Positions 19,243-28,798 of a stretch of DNA of 64,000 nucleotides are shown here, one piece after another. The stretch lies in the IMG/VR virus record IMGVR_UViG_3300022555_000045, positions 1-64,000 of that record; one strand, 5' to 3'. The stretch's first letter is position 1; every line of letters starts with the position of its first letter. Origin of the DNA: a virus. Lineage: Duplodnaviria > Caudoviricetes. The notes under the pieces are model-generated. The model searched no databases and was not told where the DNA came from. It saw nothing but the letters and a program-made list of their open reading frames with translations. Both the position numbers and the translations under genes were made by a program.

Positions 19243-19274
19243 GGTAGGTCTAGAGTCGAAACTCTAGACCTACC
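19243..19274 (+). terminator. 14-bp hairpin with CGAA loop
   Basis: GGTAGGTCTAGAGT / ACTCTAGACCTACC. Confidence 0.65.
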
Positions 19275-19335
19275 GTCGTGTTCTGAATTAAAAATAACAA
19301 TCTAATCTTTTGTTCTTTTTGTATAAGAGGGTATT

Positions 19336-22300
19336 ATGATGCTTAAGGGTCTTGGACAGTATCAAGTTACTTCAACCAATAATGGAGTTAAGATGACCCC
19401 ACGTGGAGGCTTAACTACCTCTGAACGTGGACTAGGTTCATCTATGTCCATGACCCGTAGGGAAGTTACTGCTGCAGCAACTGGGACAAGTAACTGTGGG
19501 CCAGGAGCTTCTGGTGGGGGTGGGGGGTTTGGAATTTCTGGTGGGGGTGTTAACGCCAATTATATTCGTTCCGTAGTTGAGGATTTTATTCCTCTTGGAA
19601 ATGCTGACGCTTACCGCCGAATCTACCGCGATATTTATTACCATCAACCGACTGCTGGGTCTGCTGTTGATCTGCTATCAACACTACCTTGGTCAGATTT
19701 CGTTTTAACAGGACTTCCGTCCGCTGATCTTCTTAAGCAATATGCAAAGTCCATTGAAAACCTTAAGATCAAAACTCTTCTCCCTGAGATGAGCATTGAT
19801 TATCTGGTAATGGGCACTTTTATTGGTGTACTCAATTTTGATGCTGCTAGTAAAGTTTTCGTCTCTATTGCACCACAAGATGTTGAATATTGTACTATTA
19901 ACCCGGTAGGTGTGTACGGTGAGGACCCTATCATTGACCTTCGTCTACCTCCTGAGCTAATGGAAATGCTTGACAAGTCTAAAAAGGACCCTCGTTACGA
20001 TTCTGTTAAAGCTAAGCTTCCAGGGTTCCTAATTAACAATGTTAAGAAAAACGGAGTTATTAAGCTAAACCCGTCTAACGTTCTTTATTTACCTCGTAGG
20101 ACTTTTTCCACGAGCACAGTAGGTGTGTCTTGTTATCGGCGTTTGGTCGGTCTTTATCTGTTGGAAAAGGCGCTTATGCGCGGATCGATAGAAGCAAGCT
20201 ATCGTCGGCAACGAGGTATCCTGCACATTGAAGTCGGTGATAGTTTTGATTGGCAGCCTACTCGTGAAGAGCTAAGCACTGTTACTCAGATGGTAATTAA
20301 CGCAGATCTAGATCCAACAGGTGCGGTTATTGCAACTCGCTCTGGGGTCCAGTTCAATGAAGTACGTTGTTTAGGCGGTAACACTTATGTGCATACCGAA
20401 AACGGGTTGATAAAGATTAAAGACTTAGTACCACACAACCCCAAGAAGATGATCGAAGGCACTATGTTACCTTTAGACCTTCAAGTTAAAGGTATGACTG
20501 GTAACTTCGTTTTAGCGACTCATTGGCACTACCAAGGCGTCAAACCTGTTAATAACTACTATACTGATTCCAATATAAAATTGACTTGTACCGAGGAGCA
20601 TAAGTTTTTAACTGTAGGAGAGTACGGTCAACTTGAATCTGCCAAGATAAAGGATATTGTTAAAGATAATCGTTGGCTATGTATTGATAAGGCGGGGTTA
20701 GACTACAATGAGGTTGGAAAAGACTTGGAACTGAACTTACGTTTTCCAGATATTAAAGCTAGGTTTTTGACTAGAACTAACACTGATATAACTTTACCAA
20801 AGCGTATGACTCCGCAACTGGCCTATATAATTGGAATTCTCATCAGTGAAGGTTACATTAACAAGCGCGGAGCGTATGTCAATAATACAGACTTAGAGCT
20901 AATTGCTGCTTACAGTGAAGCTATTTTAGATACTTTTGGTATGGAAACTAAAATAGGCGAGGGTTCTCCTATAGGAGAAGAAGTTGTAATATTAGGTAGA
21001 CAGCAGACGCGTAAAAAGAAAATCTATCAATGTCGCTTGCATGGTGTTATAGTAGTAGATATTCTAAAACAGTTAGGATTGGTTAACACCGCTGAAGTTA
21101 ACAATCGTGAGAAGTCTCCTTCTTACTATAAGAAGGTTCCTTGGAGTATAATGCAAGCAGACCGTGAATGCAAGATAGCCTTTTTAGCAGCTTACATAGA
21201 AGGTGACGGTTGTATTGGAAAGTCTCCAAACAAGACAAGTGGGACTAAAACGGTCGATATTCGCATAGCTAGTAGGTCGGTGTATACGCTAAATTCAATA
21301 AAAATATTGTTACAAAGTCTTGGGTTTTTATCTAATACCTGTTACGAACCTAGGTATGAGCTAAAATTAACAAGAGCTGAAGGTTCTAGGTTGTATAACT
21401 TAATGTATAAGTATTTGGTACTTCCTTATAAGAAACACCATGTTAAATGTGATGATGTTTCTATGGTAAGGTACGGAATACCAGCTAGCGTATTCGTTTC
21501 GGTGTTAAAAGAGCGTAAAATAAAGAGTGCTATAGGTGGGGTGTGGTTTAAAAACGACGAAGGCTCCTCTGTCTTTGTAGAAGGCCCTGTTGGTAATATT
21601 TTTAAACACTACACTGCTGTAAAAGAAGCTATATGCTTACGCTATGAGCGGTTAGACACGGGTGACTATACTAAAGAATTATCTATTATTAGGCAGGTTA
21701 GTCCAAAACTCTACTTCAATATACTAAAGCTTGCCTCTCTCAAATACAAGTTTGAGAAGGTTGTTAAAGTAACTAAAGCCAAAGATCAACCAACTTATGA
21801 TCTTACAATAAATTCTGACTCTGCTCCACTATTTCTTATTGCTGGTGGCGTAGTAACTCATAACTCCGGCTCGGATTTCTGGAAAATCAGCGATATGAAC
21901 GAGTTTTTAAATAGTTCATATTTGCGAGCATTAGGGTTAAGCGAGTCTTTACTCTCTGCGGAATCCTCCATTTCGACCTCTGAAGCTTCCATAAGTTCGT
22001 TCCTTGAGAGCCAAAGGGCGTACCGCGATTTGGTAGTACGTAAAGTCTTCACTAACCGGATATTCCCAGCTATTGCCGTATCGAACTCATTCCTACGTAC
22101 TAAAGCGGAAGAACGTAAGGAAGTAGCAGGATCATTAAATCATAATCCAGTAATGATTGACGGTAGGTACCGTGAAGTACTGGCCTCAAACGGTGAGAAG
22201 TCCTACGAGGTAACGTGCGACGGTGAGATTAAATCTTATCAAAATGAAGACTTGACTCAGTATTATATGCCGCGTATACAATGGCATAAACACCTTAAGC

Positions 22301-22797
22301 CTGAAGGTGACCGTGATTATCTGGACATGTTGAACGGCTTAGAGGATAAAGGTCTACCTATCCCACTTCGTATGTTAGCCGCTGCTGGTGGTGTGTCGTT
22401 AACAGAAGTAATGACTTCACTAGACGAAGATGTGAGGATACGCCAGCAAGTTGACAAGTATTTCAAAGCTCGGCCTAAAACCCCCAAAGAACAAGCCGAC
22501 GCGGCACAAGCAGGTGGTTCCGGTGGTGGTATGGGTGGTGGGTTAGGTGCTCTAGCCTCACTAGTTGAGCCCCCAGGGAACTTCAAGAAGAACCGTAACT
22601 TCGAATCAATTGAGATGCGTGACCCTGACACTGGTAAAGTCCTCAGTAAAAAAGGCCGCAAAGTTCAAGAAGAGAAGTTAATCAAAAAGGCAGCTCTAGT
22701 CCTATCTAACGTAGCTCGTAAAGAGAACCACAAGATTAAAACTGACGAAACTATCAAACCTGTCGGTGAAGGTGTCTACGGCGTTAGCGAGTCTTAG
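19336..22797 (+). CDS. portal protein, intein-containing
   Basis: About 650-aa extein with helical portal-like segments (YRRIYRDIY...SAVDLLSTLP; LRALGLSESLL), located between terL and the head genes. Confidence 0.75.
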   Translation: MMLKGLGQYQVTSTNNGVKMTPRGGLTTSERGLGSSMSMTRREVTAAATGTSNCGPGASGGGGGFGISGGGVNANYIRSVVEDFIPLGNADAYRRIYRDIYYHQPTAGSAVDLLSTLPWSDFVLTGLPSADLLKQYAKSIENLKIKTLLPEMSIDYLVMGTFIGVLNFDAASKVFVSIAPQDVEYCTINPVGVYGEDPIIDLRLPPELMEMLDKSKKDPRYDSVKAKLPGFLINNVKKNGVIKLNPSNVLYLPRRTFSTSTVGVSCYRRLVGLYLLEKALMRGSIEASYRRQRGILHIEVGDSFDWQPTREELSTVTQMVINADLDPTGAVIATRSGVQFNEVRCLGGNTYVHTENGLIKIKDLVPHNPKKMIEGTMLPLDLQVKGMTGNFVLATHWHYQGVKPVNNYYTDSNIKLTCTEEHKFLTVGEYGQLESAKIKDIVKDNRWLCIDKAGLDYNEVGKDLELNLRFPDIKARFLTRTNTDITLPKRMTPQLAYIIGILISEGYINKRGAYVNNTDLELIAAYSEAILDTFGMETKIGEGSPIGEEVVILGRQQTRKKKIYQCRLHGVIVVDILKQLGLVNTAEVNNREKSPSYYKKVPWSIMQADRECKIAFLAAYIEGDGCIGKSPNKTSGTKTVDIRIASRSVYTLNSIKILLQSLGFLSNTCYEPRYELKLTRAEGSRLYNLMYKYLVLPYKKHHVKCDDVSMVRYGIPASVFVSVLKERKIKSAIGGVWFKNDEGSSVFVEGPVGNIFKHYTAVKEAICLRYERLDTGDYTKELSIIRQVSPKLYFNILKLASLKYKFEKVVKVTKAKDQPTYDLTINSDSAPLFLIAGGVVTHNSGSDFWKISDMNEFLNSSYLRALGLSESLLSAESSISTSEASISSFLESQRAYRDLVVRKVFTNRIFPAIAVSNSFLRTKAEERKEVAGSLNHNPVMIDGRYREVLASNGEKSYEVTCDGEIKSYQNEDLTQYYMPRIQWHKHLKPEGDRDYLDMLNGLEDKGLPIPLRMLAAAGGVSLTEVMTSLDEDVRIRQQVDKYFKARPKTPKEQADAAQAGGSGGGMGGGLGALASLVEPPGNFKKNRNFESIEMRDPDTGKVLSKKGRKVQEEKLIKKAALVLSNVARKENHKIKTDETIKPVGEGVYGVSES
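20368..21864 (+). mobile_element. 499-aa intein with LAGLIDADG endonuclease in the portal
   Basis: Starts CLGGNTYVHT, ends GVVTHN followed by +1 Ser; IIGILISEG and FLAAYIEGDG blocks. Confidence 0.93.
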
Positions 22798-22808
22798 ACC
22801 GTAGTAAA

Positions 22809-22842
22809 AGGTGGTGGGGTTGCTAGTTAAACCCTACCACCT
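22809..22842 (+). terminator. hairpin after portal
   Basis: AGGTGGTGGGGTT / AACCCTACCACCT. Confidence 0.6.
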
Positions 22843-22874
22843 GAATACAGTTCACACCTAAAAGGTTTATTATT

Positions 22875-23687
22875 ATGTCCATTTTAGATGAGCTTGACCG
22901 CTATCTCGCTACTGCTAACGCAACCACGTTCCGTTGGAATTTTTCAGCCATAAATGCTATTAAGGTAAATAAGGCACCTCCTCCTAATCAATACTATGTA
23001 ATAATTGCTACATATGCTAGTGATAACTTTTATTATCTTGTAATAAAGTTAGAATTACTACCGATAAAGGATAAACCTTACAAAAATTTTGGTTACTTGT
23101 TGTCAGTAAAACCTGAAGGCTGTCCTATGATTGATATTAACGATGCTTTTACTCCTGAAGGTTTAGCTTTAAAGAATAAATACATGCCTCATTCAGGAGA
23201 TAGAGAGCAGGTTAAAGACACTTTAGTAAGTGTAGTAAAGCCTACTTTGGAGTTGGGTGGTAATCCGCCTCACGTAGTTCGTGAACCAATGACCGAAGCA
23301 AAACTTAATAGTGAGCGGTATCAAAAAATTACTGATGAGTTTTTGAAATTAGGGTATTCTTTTGAAAAAGTTATAGGCGATGACGGAAAACTCTACTTTC
23401 ATCATAAGTTAAAAGGATTCTCCGAGGCATCTCTTTCTTCAGAAGTTGAGGCTACTTATATTGAAGGAAGCACCAGTTTTGCTGAGCTTACTATTATGCG
23501 GAATCTCAATAACTACCTGTCTGAACACGGCGAGACTCTACGTAAACTTAATAATGATCTGTTTAACCACTATATGGATCATGCTGAAATTGTAAGGCTA
23601 CCTGACGGGAACATAGGACTATTAAGCTCTATATCCGGTGAGATTTTAGAAGTCCTTACAAACGCGCCAATAGTCCCTCCTACTTAA
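22875..23687 (+). CDS. hypothetical protein, possible internal head protein
   Basis: 270 aa; short N-terminal propeptide-like segment LDRYLATANA. Confidence 0.7.
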   Translation: MSILDELDRYLATANATTFRWNFSAINAIKVNKAPPPNQYYVIIATYASDNFYYLVIKLELLPIKDKPYKNFGYLLSVKPEGCPMIDINDAFTPEGLALKNKYMPHSGDREQVKDTLVSVVKPTLELGGNPPHVVREPMTEAKLNSERYQKITDEFLKLGYSFEKVIGDDGKLYFHHKLKGFSEASLSSEVEATYIEGSTSFAELTIMRNLNNYLSEHGETLRKLNNDLFNHYMDHAEIVRLPDGNIGLLSSISGEILEVLTNAPIVPPT

Positions 23688-23703
23688 TAAGGAACAATAA
23701 CCG

Positions 23704-24018
23704 ATGTCTTCTAACATTATCATTGCTACAGACGAAACTTTTGAATCAATCGTTACCTCTGGCAACTACTTAGTTGACTTCTACTCACAACAGTGCCAAC
23801 CTTGTAAGCAAATGGATCGTATATTACAGTCTTTGACAATTTCAAACCTAACAGTTGTCAAGGTTGACGTAAGTGCTAATCCAATCATAACGTCTAAACA
23901 TCACGTGCGTGGTGTACCTACCTTTATTCTATATAAAGACGGTATTATTCAAGACACTAAAAGTGGTTCTATCCCTCAGAGCCAGTTTATAAAGTGGTTA
24001 GAGGAATCTTTAGTTTAG
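23704..24018 (+). CDS. thioredoxin
   Basis: YLVDFYSQQCQPCK...VRGVPTF; 104 aa. Confidence 0.92.
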   Translation: MSSNIIIATDETFESIVTSGNYLVDFYSQQCQPCKQMDRILQSLTISNLTVVKVDVSANPIITSKHHVRGVPTFILYKDGIIQDTKSGSIPQSQFIKWLEESLV

Positions 24019-24043
24019 GAATTTTAAACCAGGACACCAAGCA

Positions 24044-25159
24044 ATGACGTTCACATTAGAGGACTTCACCAATATCAATGCTAAACTAAAACAGATTCGT
24101 GCCTGCAATCAGCAGTTACTAGATGATGCTACCGTTACAGAGTCTGCCAACGAGGACCAAGGCGTAAAGGGTCTGTTTGGTTTAACTAAGAAAGCTAAAC
24201 CTCCGGCTCACCATACCGAACATCACGTTTCACACTCTAAGCCTAAACTAGTTAACGCCCCTACACCACACTTTGATAAAGATGCTAGGTACGTTCAGCA
24301 CCCTGAAGGTAAACTTCAACGGTACGGTTATCATGTTTACATTCATCCGGAAACTGATGGTACTCACAAAGTAACGGCGGGACGTAATAATACCTTAATG
24401 GCTAACGGTTTGTCGTTAGAGGACGCCAAGAAAGCTGCTGAACACGTTGTACGTCACATTGACCGCACGTCTGGTGTAGAGGTCAAGAAAGTAGCGGCGG
24501 CAACAATCAACGAGTACATTGACTCACCTGTCCTTACTACTATCATTGAGTCTAACACTGTACCTCAAGAAGTTAAAGCCTCTGGTGAAATTTACCTAGA
24601 AAAAGAACAAGTACCACCCCAACTTCGTGGGTCGTACACAGGTTCTAAGTTCAAGGTTAAAGTTACTGACTCAATGAGTATTCCTATTGACGCGGGTCTG
24701 TGGTCCTCCGGTAGCAAAGATACTTACTTGATTATTAGGTTAGCTGACGGTAAAGCAATTTCTCCTCCCGGACAGTCGTCATCTCCGTTTTCCGGTACTC
24801 GCCAAGAGGTCCCTGTCAAATTGGAACCTGGAATTGCTGTAGTTGAGCATACTATCTTCCGTGGCAAAGACTTAGGTTTAACTTTCTACGTTCATCCCAG
24901 CGATGTTGCCAAGTTACTTCCCGACAACTCAACTAACGATCTATCAGATGATGAAAAGTTAGTGCTACACTGTATTAAGTCATTTACCTCTAGTTACCGT
25001 AAACAAGAGTTTTCTAGACTTTCCAACAAGAGTGAGAAGGTCTGGAACAACCTACTTGACGACTTGAAAGCCAAAGGTCTAGTTGCTAAAAACGGTTCCA
25101 TCACTATGTCTGGTAAAAACGCTATTATTAACTACCATCCACCGCTACAATACACCTGA
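24044..25159 (+). CDS. multi-segment probable internal head protein
   Basis: N-terminus TLEDFTNINAKLKQIRA shared with 25984..27039; segments separated by V-x-A motifs. Confidence 0.75.
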   Translation: MTFTLEDFTNINAKLKQIRACNQQLLDDATVTESANEDQGVKGLFGLTKKAKPPAHHTEHHVSHSKPKLVNAPTPHFDKDARYVQHPEGKLQRYGYHVYIHPETDGTHKVTAGRNNTLMANGLSLEDAKKAAEHVVRHIDRTSGVEVKKVAAATINEYIDSPVLTTIIESNTVPQEVKASGEIYLEKEQVPPQLRGSYTGSKFKVKVTDSMSIPIDAGLWSSGSKDTYLIIRLADGKAISPPGQSSSPFSGTRQEVPVKLEPGIAVVEHTIFRGKDLGLTFYVHPSDVAKLLPDNSTNDLSDDEKLVLHCIKSFTSSYRKQEFSRLSNKSEKVWNNLLDDLKAKGLVAKNGSITMSGKNAIINYHPPLQYT

Positions 25160-25194
25160 GCTTTAAGTCTTCTTCAAACAGAGGTACGTTAAAA

Positions 25195-25575
25195 ATGGTC
25201 CATTTTGTCAAACAGACTAAACTGTACAATCCACCGGATGCTCCAGGAGGGTTGAAACACGGTAATTGTCAACGGGCAGCTATAGCTTGTTTGTTAGACT
25301 TGGCTATTGATGACATACCGCCGTTTGAAGAAGCAAAAACTACAGCTGAGTTCTGGGAACAAGTTGAAGAGTGGTTGTTTGATCGACGGCTACAAATAAA
25401 ATACTACTTGCCACATAAACCGCCTGATGGTTATTCTATTGCTTGTGGGAAAAGTTCCCGTGGAGTTAACCACGCTGTTATAGCCTTGGATGGTAATGTA
25501 ATTTGGGATACTCATCCCAGTGATGAAGGTTTGTTGAGCATTATTCGCTACGAGGCGATTGTTCCTATTGAGTAG
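25195..25575 (+). CDS. hypothetical protein with papain-like Cys-His-Asp pattern
   Basis: NCQRAAIACLL...NHAVIA...IWDTHP. Confidence 0.55.
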   Translation: MVHFVKQTKLYNPPDAPGGLKHGNCQRAAIACLLDLAIDDIPPFEEAKTTAEFWEQVEEWLFDRRLQIKYYLPHKPPDGYSIACGKSSRGVNHAVIALDGNVIWDTHPSDEGLLSIIRYEAIVPIE

Positions 25576-25585
25576 GTCCTAAACT

Positions 25586-25891
25586 GTGAGTAACGCTTTT
25601 TATCACAAAGGTTTAACCGTGGAATGTTACCTTAATTTAGTTAAACCTTTAAGAAAATCTTGGCCTAATGTGTTTTACTCTCCTATAGAGTTTATTGATT
25701 CGATAACTGGACTGCGGTTAAGACTTATCAACATACCTGAAGCCGTTTTAGACTATAGTCATTATGAGCCAACGGTTAATCTATTAACCCTCTATCATAA
25801 CTATGAACCTATGATAGAAAAGCGTAGACTAACTCGAGGTAAAATTCTTATGATAGAACGACTCATTAGAGAACACTTGCAAATCAGTTAG
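25586..25891 (+). CDS. hypothetical protein
   Basis: 101-aa ORF packed in the operon. Confidence 0.55.
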   Translation: MSNAFYHKGLTVECYLNLVKPLRKSWPNVFYSPIEFIDSITGLRLRLINIPEAVLDYSHYEPTVNLLTLYHNYEPMIEKRRLTRGKILMIERLIREHLQIS

Positions 25892-25983
25892 GTCCTAGAT
25901 TATGATCAAAGACATGACAATAATCATATTGTTATCAGGATTGTTCCGCCTATCATATTGTCTGTTTGGTTAGGAGATATATT

Positions 25984-27039
25984 GTGACTACTACGTTAGA
26001 AGATTTTCACCGAATTAACTCTGCTTTGAAAGAAATACGTGCTAGCAATATACAACAGCGACTAGTTAACTTACACCAACGTCGGACTGGTTGCGAGATT
26101 GATACTTGTGATGGTCAACTTTGTGGTGTAGTTGAATCGTACCAACTTCGTTCATCTACTCAGGACTCTATTAACAAATACGATCTAAAACGGCTAACCA
26201 AAGCGTTCTTAAACCATTCAGAGCTTAGTCAGTTTAAAGATCATCCAGACTGCCTTAAGATTGAAGAAGTTGAACCTGGCTATATTGATCTAAAGCTAAC
26301 TAACTTTCCAGGATTAAAAACCAACGTTTTGCACCAGAGGCTCTTTCGTACTCTAGAGCTACCTAATATCAAACTAACTCACGGGCATATTTCATCAGGC
26401 GGTCCAGAGGGTATAGTTGTCCGTTACGGCTACACCTTCTTGAATGATATGTTAGACGAACCGGTTACGGCCAACACCAAGGATGGTCCCGGAGAACACT
26501 TTACCAAAACTGAAGCCTACAAAGAAGCCTATAAATCTCAAATAGGCCGTTCCTGGAACTCAACCGAAGGTAAGAAGACTATTACTGATGTTACGGTAAT
26601 TGAAGGTAAGCCTAGGTTAGTAGTTTCTGTGGAAGGCTCTAGGATTAAGACATTCTATCCACCAGAAGAAATTGAACGTACTATTCTAGTGGACGAAAAC
26701 TGGTACTCTCACGATATTAAATCTAAGCAAGCTAAACTTGAACAAGACTCATTGACTAAACAAGCTAAGGCTAAGAAACAAAACCTCAACGGTTTCATCA
26801 CTAATATGCCTGCTATTAAGCAGCGTAAGGTGGAAGAGGTTTTAGACACATTGGTTCGGTATAAGGGTGTACCGATTACCCGCCGTGAGTTGATTGAGCG
26901 TAAAGTTAAGGAAGGTTGGACTATAGAACAGCACAAAACTGGACGCCGTTTCAATAGCCCTGACGGCTATTTCCAGGACGAGAAAATGCTCACAAAGACT
27001 GGCATGGATTATGCCGAGTTTCTGTTGAATCACAGGTAA
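25984..27039 (+). CDS. probable internal head protein; C-terminal half paralogous to 27045..27602
   Basis: GTG start at 25984 behind AGGAG; TLEDFHRINSALKEIRA N-terminus. Confidence 0.75.
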   Translation: MTTTLEDFHRINSALKEIRASNIQQRLVNLHQRRTGCEIDTCDGQLCGVVESYQLRSSTQDSINKYDLKRLTKAFLNHSELSQFKDHPDCLKIEEVEPGYIDLKLTNFPGLKTNVLHQRLFRTLELPNIKLTHGHISSGGPEGIVVRYGYTFLNDMLDEPVTANTKDGPGEHFTKTEAYKEAYKSQIGRSWNSTEGKKTITDVTVIEGKPRLVVSVEGSRIKTFYPPEEIERTILVDENWYSHDIKSKQAKLEQDSLTKQAKAKKQNLNGFITNMPAIKQRKVEEVLDTLVRYKGVPITRRELIERKVKEGWTIEQHKTGRRFNSPDGYFQDEKMLTKTGMDYAEFLLNHR

Positions 27040-27044
27040 CGAAA

Positions 27045-27602
27045 ATGGACAACTCAACCAGTAAAGACGTGCTTGCCACCAAAAACGTACTTAGCAGTAT
27101 CGATTCTTATCTAAAACAGTACAATGTTTCGGCTAATACACCATTTGACCGGTATCTTGGCAAGACTTGGTCATCAAATAGAGGCAGTAGGACAGTAGTA
27201 GGGGTTAAGTCTCACAAAGGTGAGCTTTGTTTACAAGTCGCTACAAATAACTCTATTGAGTTTATACGTCCTGTTGACCTTGATATGGTAATTAAGCTGG
27301 ATTCTGAGAACTTAGTAGAGAAACCTCATGAACCAGCATTTAAAGGAATATCTAATTTTCTTAGTAAGCTGACTCCTGATAAGCGAGCCATAGTAAAAAA
27401 GATGCTTAATGAAGTAATTAAGTTTAAAGAGCATACAATTACTAGGCAAGATTTGATCGAACAGCTAGTTTTGAGTCACGGTTACTCGGTTAAAAAGTTT
27501 GGACAAGACTCTTTAGTCCTAGTAAACCCTGAATTACAGTCATTGGAAGAGTCCCTGACTCCTGTCGGACTGTATTATGCGTACTATTTGCACTCCACCT
27601 AA
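27045..27602 (+). CDS. probable internal head protein, tandem paralog
   Basis: VSANT...GKTWSS...ITRQDLIEQ...TPVGLYYA aligns to VTANT...GRSWNS...ITRRELIER...TKTGMDYA. Confidence 0.75.
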   Translation: MDNSTSKDVLATKNVLSSIDSYLKQYNVSANTPFDRYLGKTWSSNRGSRTVVGVKSHKGELCLQVATNNSIEFIRPVDLDMVIKLDSENLVEKPHEPAFKGISNFLSKLTPDKRAIVKKMLNEVIKFKEHTITRQDLIEQLVLSHGYSVKKFGQDSLVLVNPELQSLEESLTPVGLYYAYYLHST

Positions 27603-27637
27603 CCACTCCTAACCTACCCAAGAAGGAAAAAGTTAAA

Positions 27638-27895
27638 ATGGCTTCTGTTCCCGTTCTCGACCTTACCGCTGATAAGGTTTCCTATGGCAATGACGACAGC
27701 ACTCCTGGTGCAACTGCTACTATGTCTGGTGACAAGCCTAAGCAGGAAGCGTCAGGTGTTATCCCAGGCTCTGATATTAAAGTGATGGTTGACCCGTCCG
27801 GTCGTGTCCACATGTTCAACGCCTTTACTGGCAAGCCGATTGAAGTAAACAACGGTGGTGGTCAGATGCCGCCTGGATTCAAGATGCCTAAGTAA
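27638..27895 (+). CDS. small hypothetical protein
   Basis: 85-aa ORF with AGGA RBS. Confidence 0.7.
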   Translation: MASVPVLDLTADKVSYGNDDSTPGATATMSGDKPKQEASGVIPGSDIKVMVDPSGRVHMFNAFTGKPIEVNNGGGQMPPGFKMPK

Positions 27896-27902
27896 CAATT
27901 TG

Positions 27903-27947
27903 TACAGGGTGGGTTATATACGCTAATAGTATATAACCCACCCTGTA
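27903..27947 (+). terminator. 19-bp hairpin
   Basis: TACAGGGTGGGTTATATAC / GTATATAACCCACCCTGTA followed by TTT. Confidence 0.7.
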
Positions 27948-27984
27948 TTTGATAGATAATTGTATCAAAGAGGAGTGACTTGTA

Positions 27985-28749
27985 ATGTTTGAAGTTCTTG
28001 GCGATTGTATGTCAGTGTCTAATAATCATGTTATTGAAGGATATTCGTTAGAAGAACAAAAACACCGTGTAGTAGCAGCTTACGATTCGCCCAAGGCGAT
28101 TAGTGATATGCGTAACGTGCTTGACATGTCAACTTCTTGGTTAGAGCCAGTTTCTGAGAAGTATAAGATCAGTTCTAACATTAAGGATTACATTTTCGTA
28201 CCAGTGGTGATATTCTCAACTAATTTACCTAACCGTAACGGTGTAGGTTTTCCAGTTGAACCTTTATTAGAGTTTAATCCTGAGACTGGTTGTTTAGGTT
28301 ACGAATCATGGAAGCGTAAGTGTCTCCACGTGGAACATGATAATAAAGATATCACTAAGTCTAAAGGTACAATTTTTGATTCTCGTATTTTCCCTATGCG
28401 TAACGCTAAAGGAAATCTGTTCAAAGTTGTACTTCTCACGGGCTGGGACCGTAGTAAAGACCCAGTTTTGGCAAACCAGATACTATCTGGAGAGCGAACA
28501 AATTACTCAATGGGTTCTTGGTCTAGTGATTTTACCTGTTCAGTTTGTGGTAGTGCTTTTTCCAAGAACCAAAACGGGTGTGGTCACCTTTTCGTGTTAG
28601 GAAAAGAACCTCCCAAAATGCAAGAAGTTAACGGGCAGTTGGCTTTTTGGAAAGTTACATCAGTTCTCGGCTTCGAATGCTCTAGCGTCCGCGTTGGTGC
28701 CTATAGCTTGTTCAGTGAGACCCCAACTGACCGAATCTTCCAATATTGA
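27985..28749 (+). CDS. prohead (capsid maturation) protease
   Basis: PNRNG, LHVEH, YSMG and CSVCG motifs; sits upstream of scaffold and capsid genes. Confidence 0.7.
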   Translation: MFEVLGDCMSVSNNHVIEGYSLEEQKHRVVAAYDSPKAISDMRNVLDMSTSWLEPVSEKYKISSNIKDYIFVPVVIFSTNLPNRNGVGFPVEPLLEFNPETGCLGYESWKRKCLHVEHDNKDITKSKGTIFDSRIFPMRNAKGNLFKVVLLTGWDRSKDPVLANQILSGERTNYSMGSWSSDFTCSVCGSAFSKNQNGCGHLFVLGKEPPKMQEVNGQLAFWKVTSVLGFECSSVRVGAYSLFSETPTDRIFQY

Positions 28750-28798
28750 GATTTGTGAGAGTTGGTAACGTTTAATAAAAAAGTAAGGAAACTGAATC

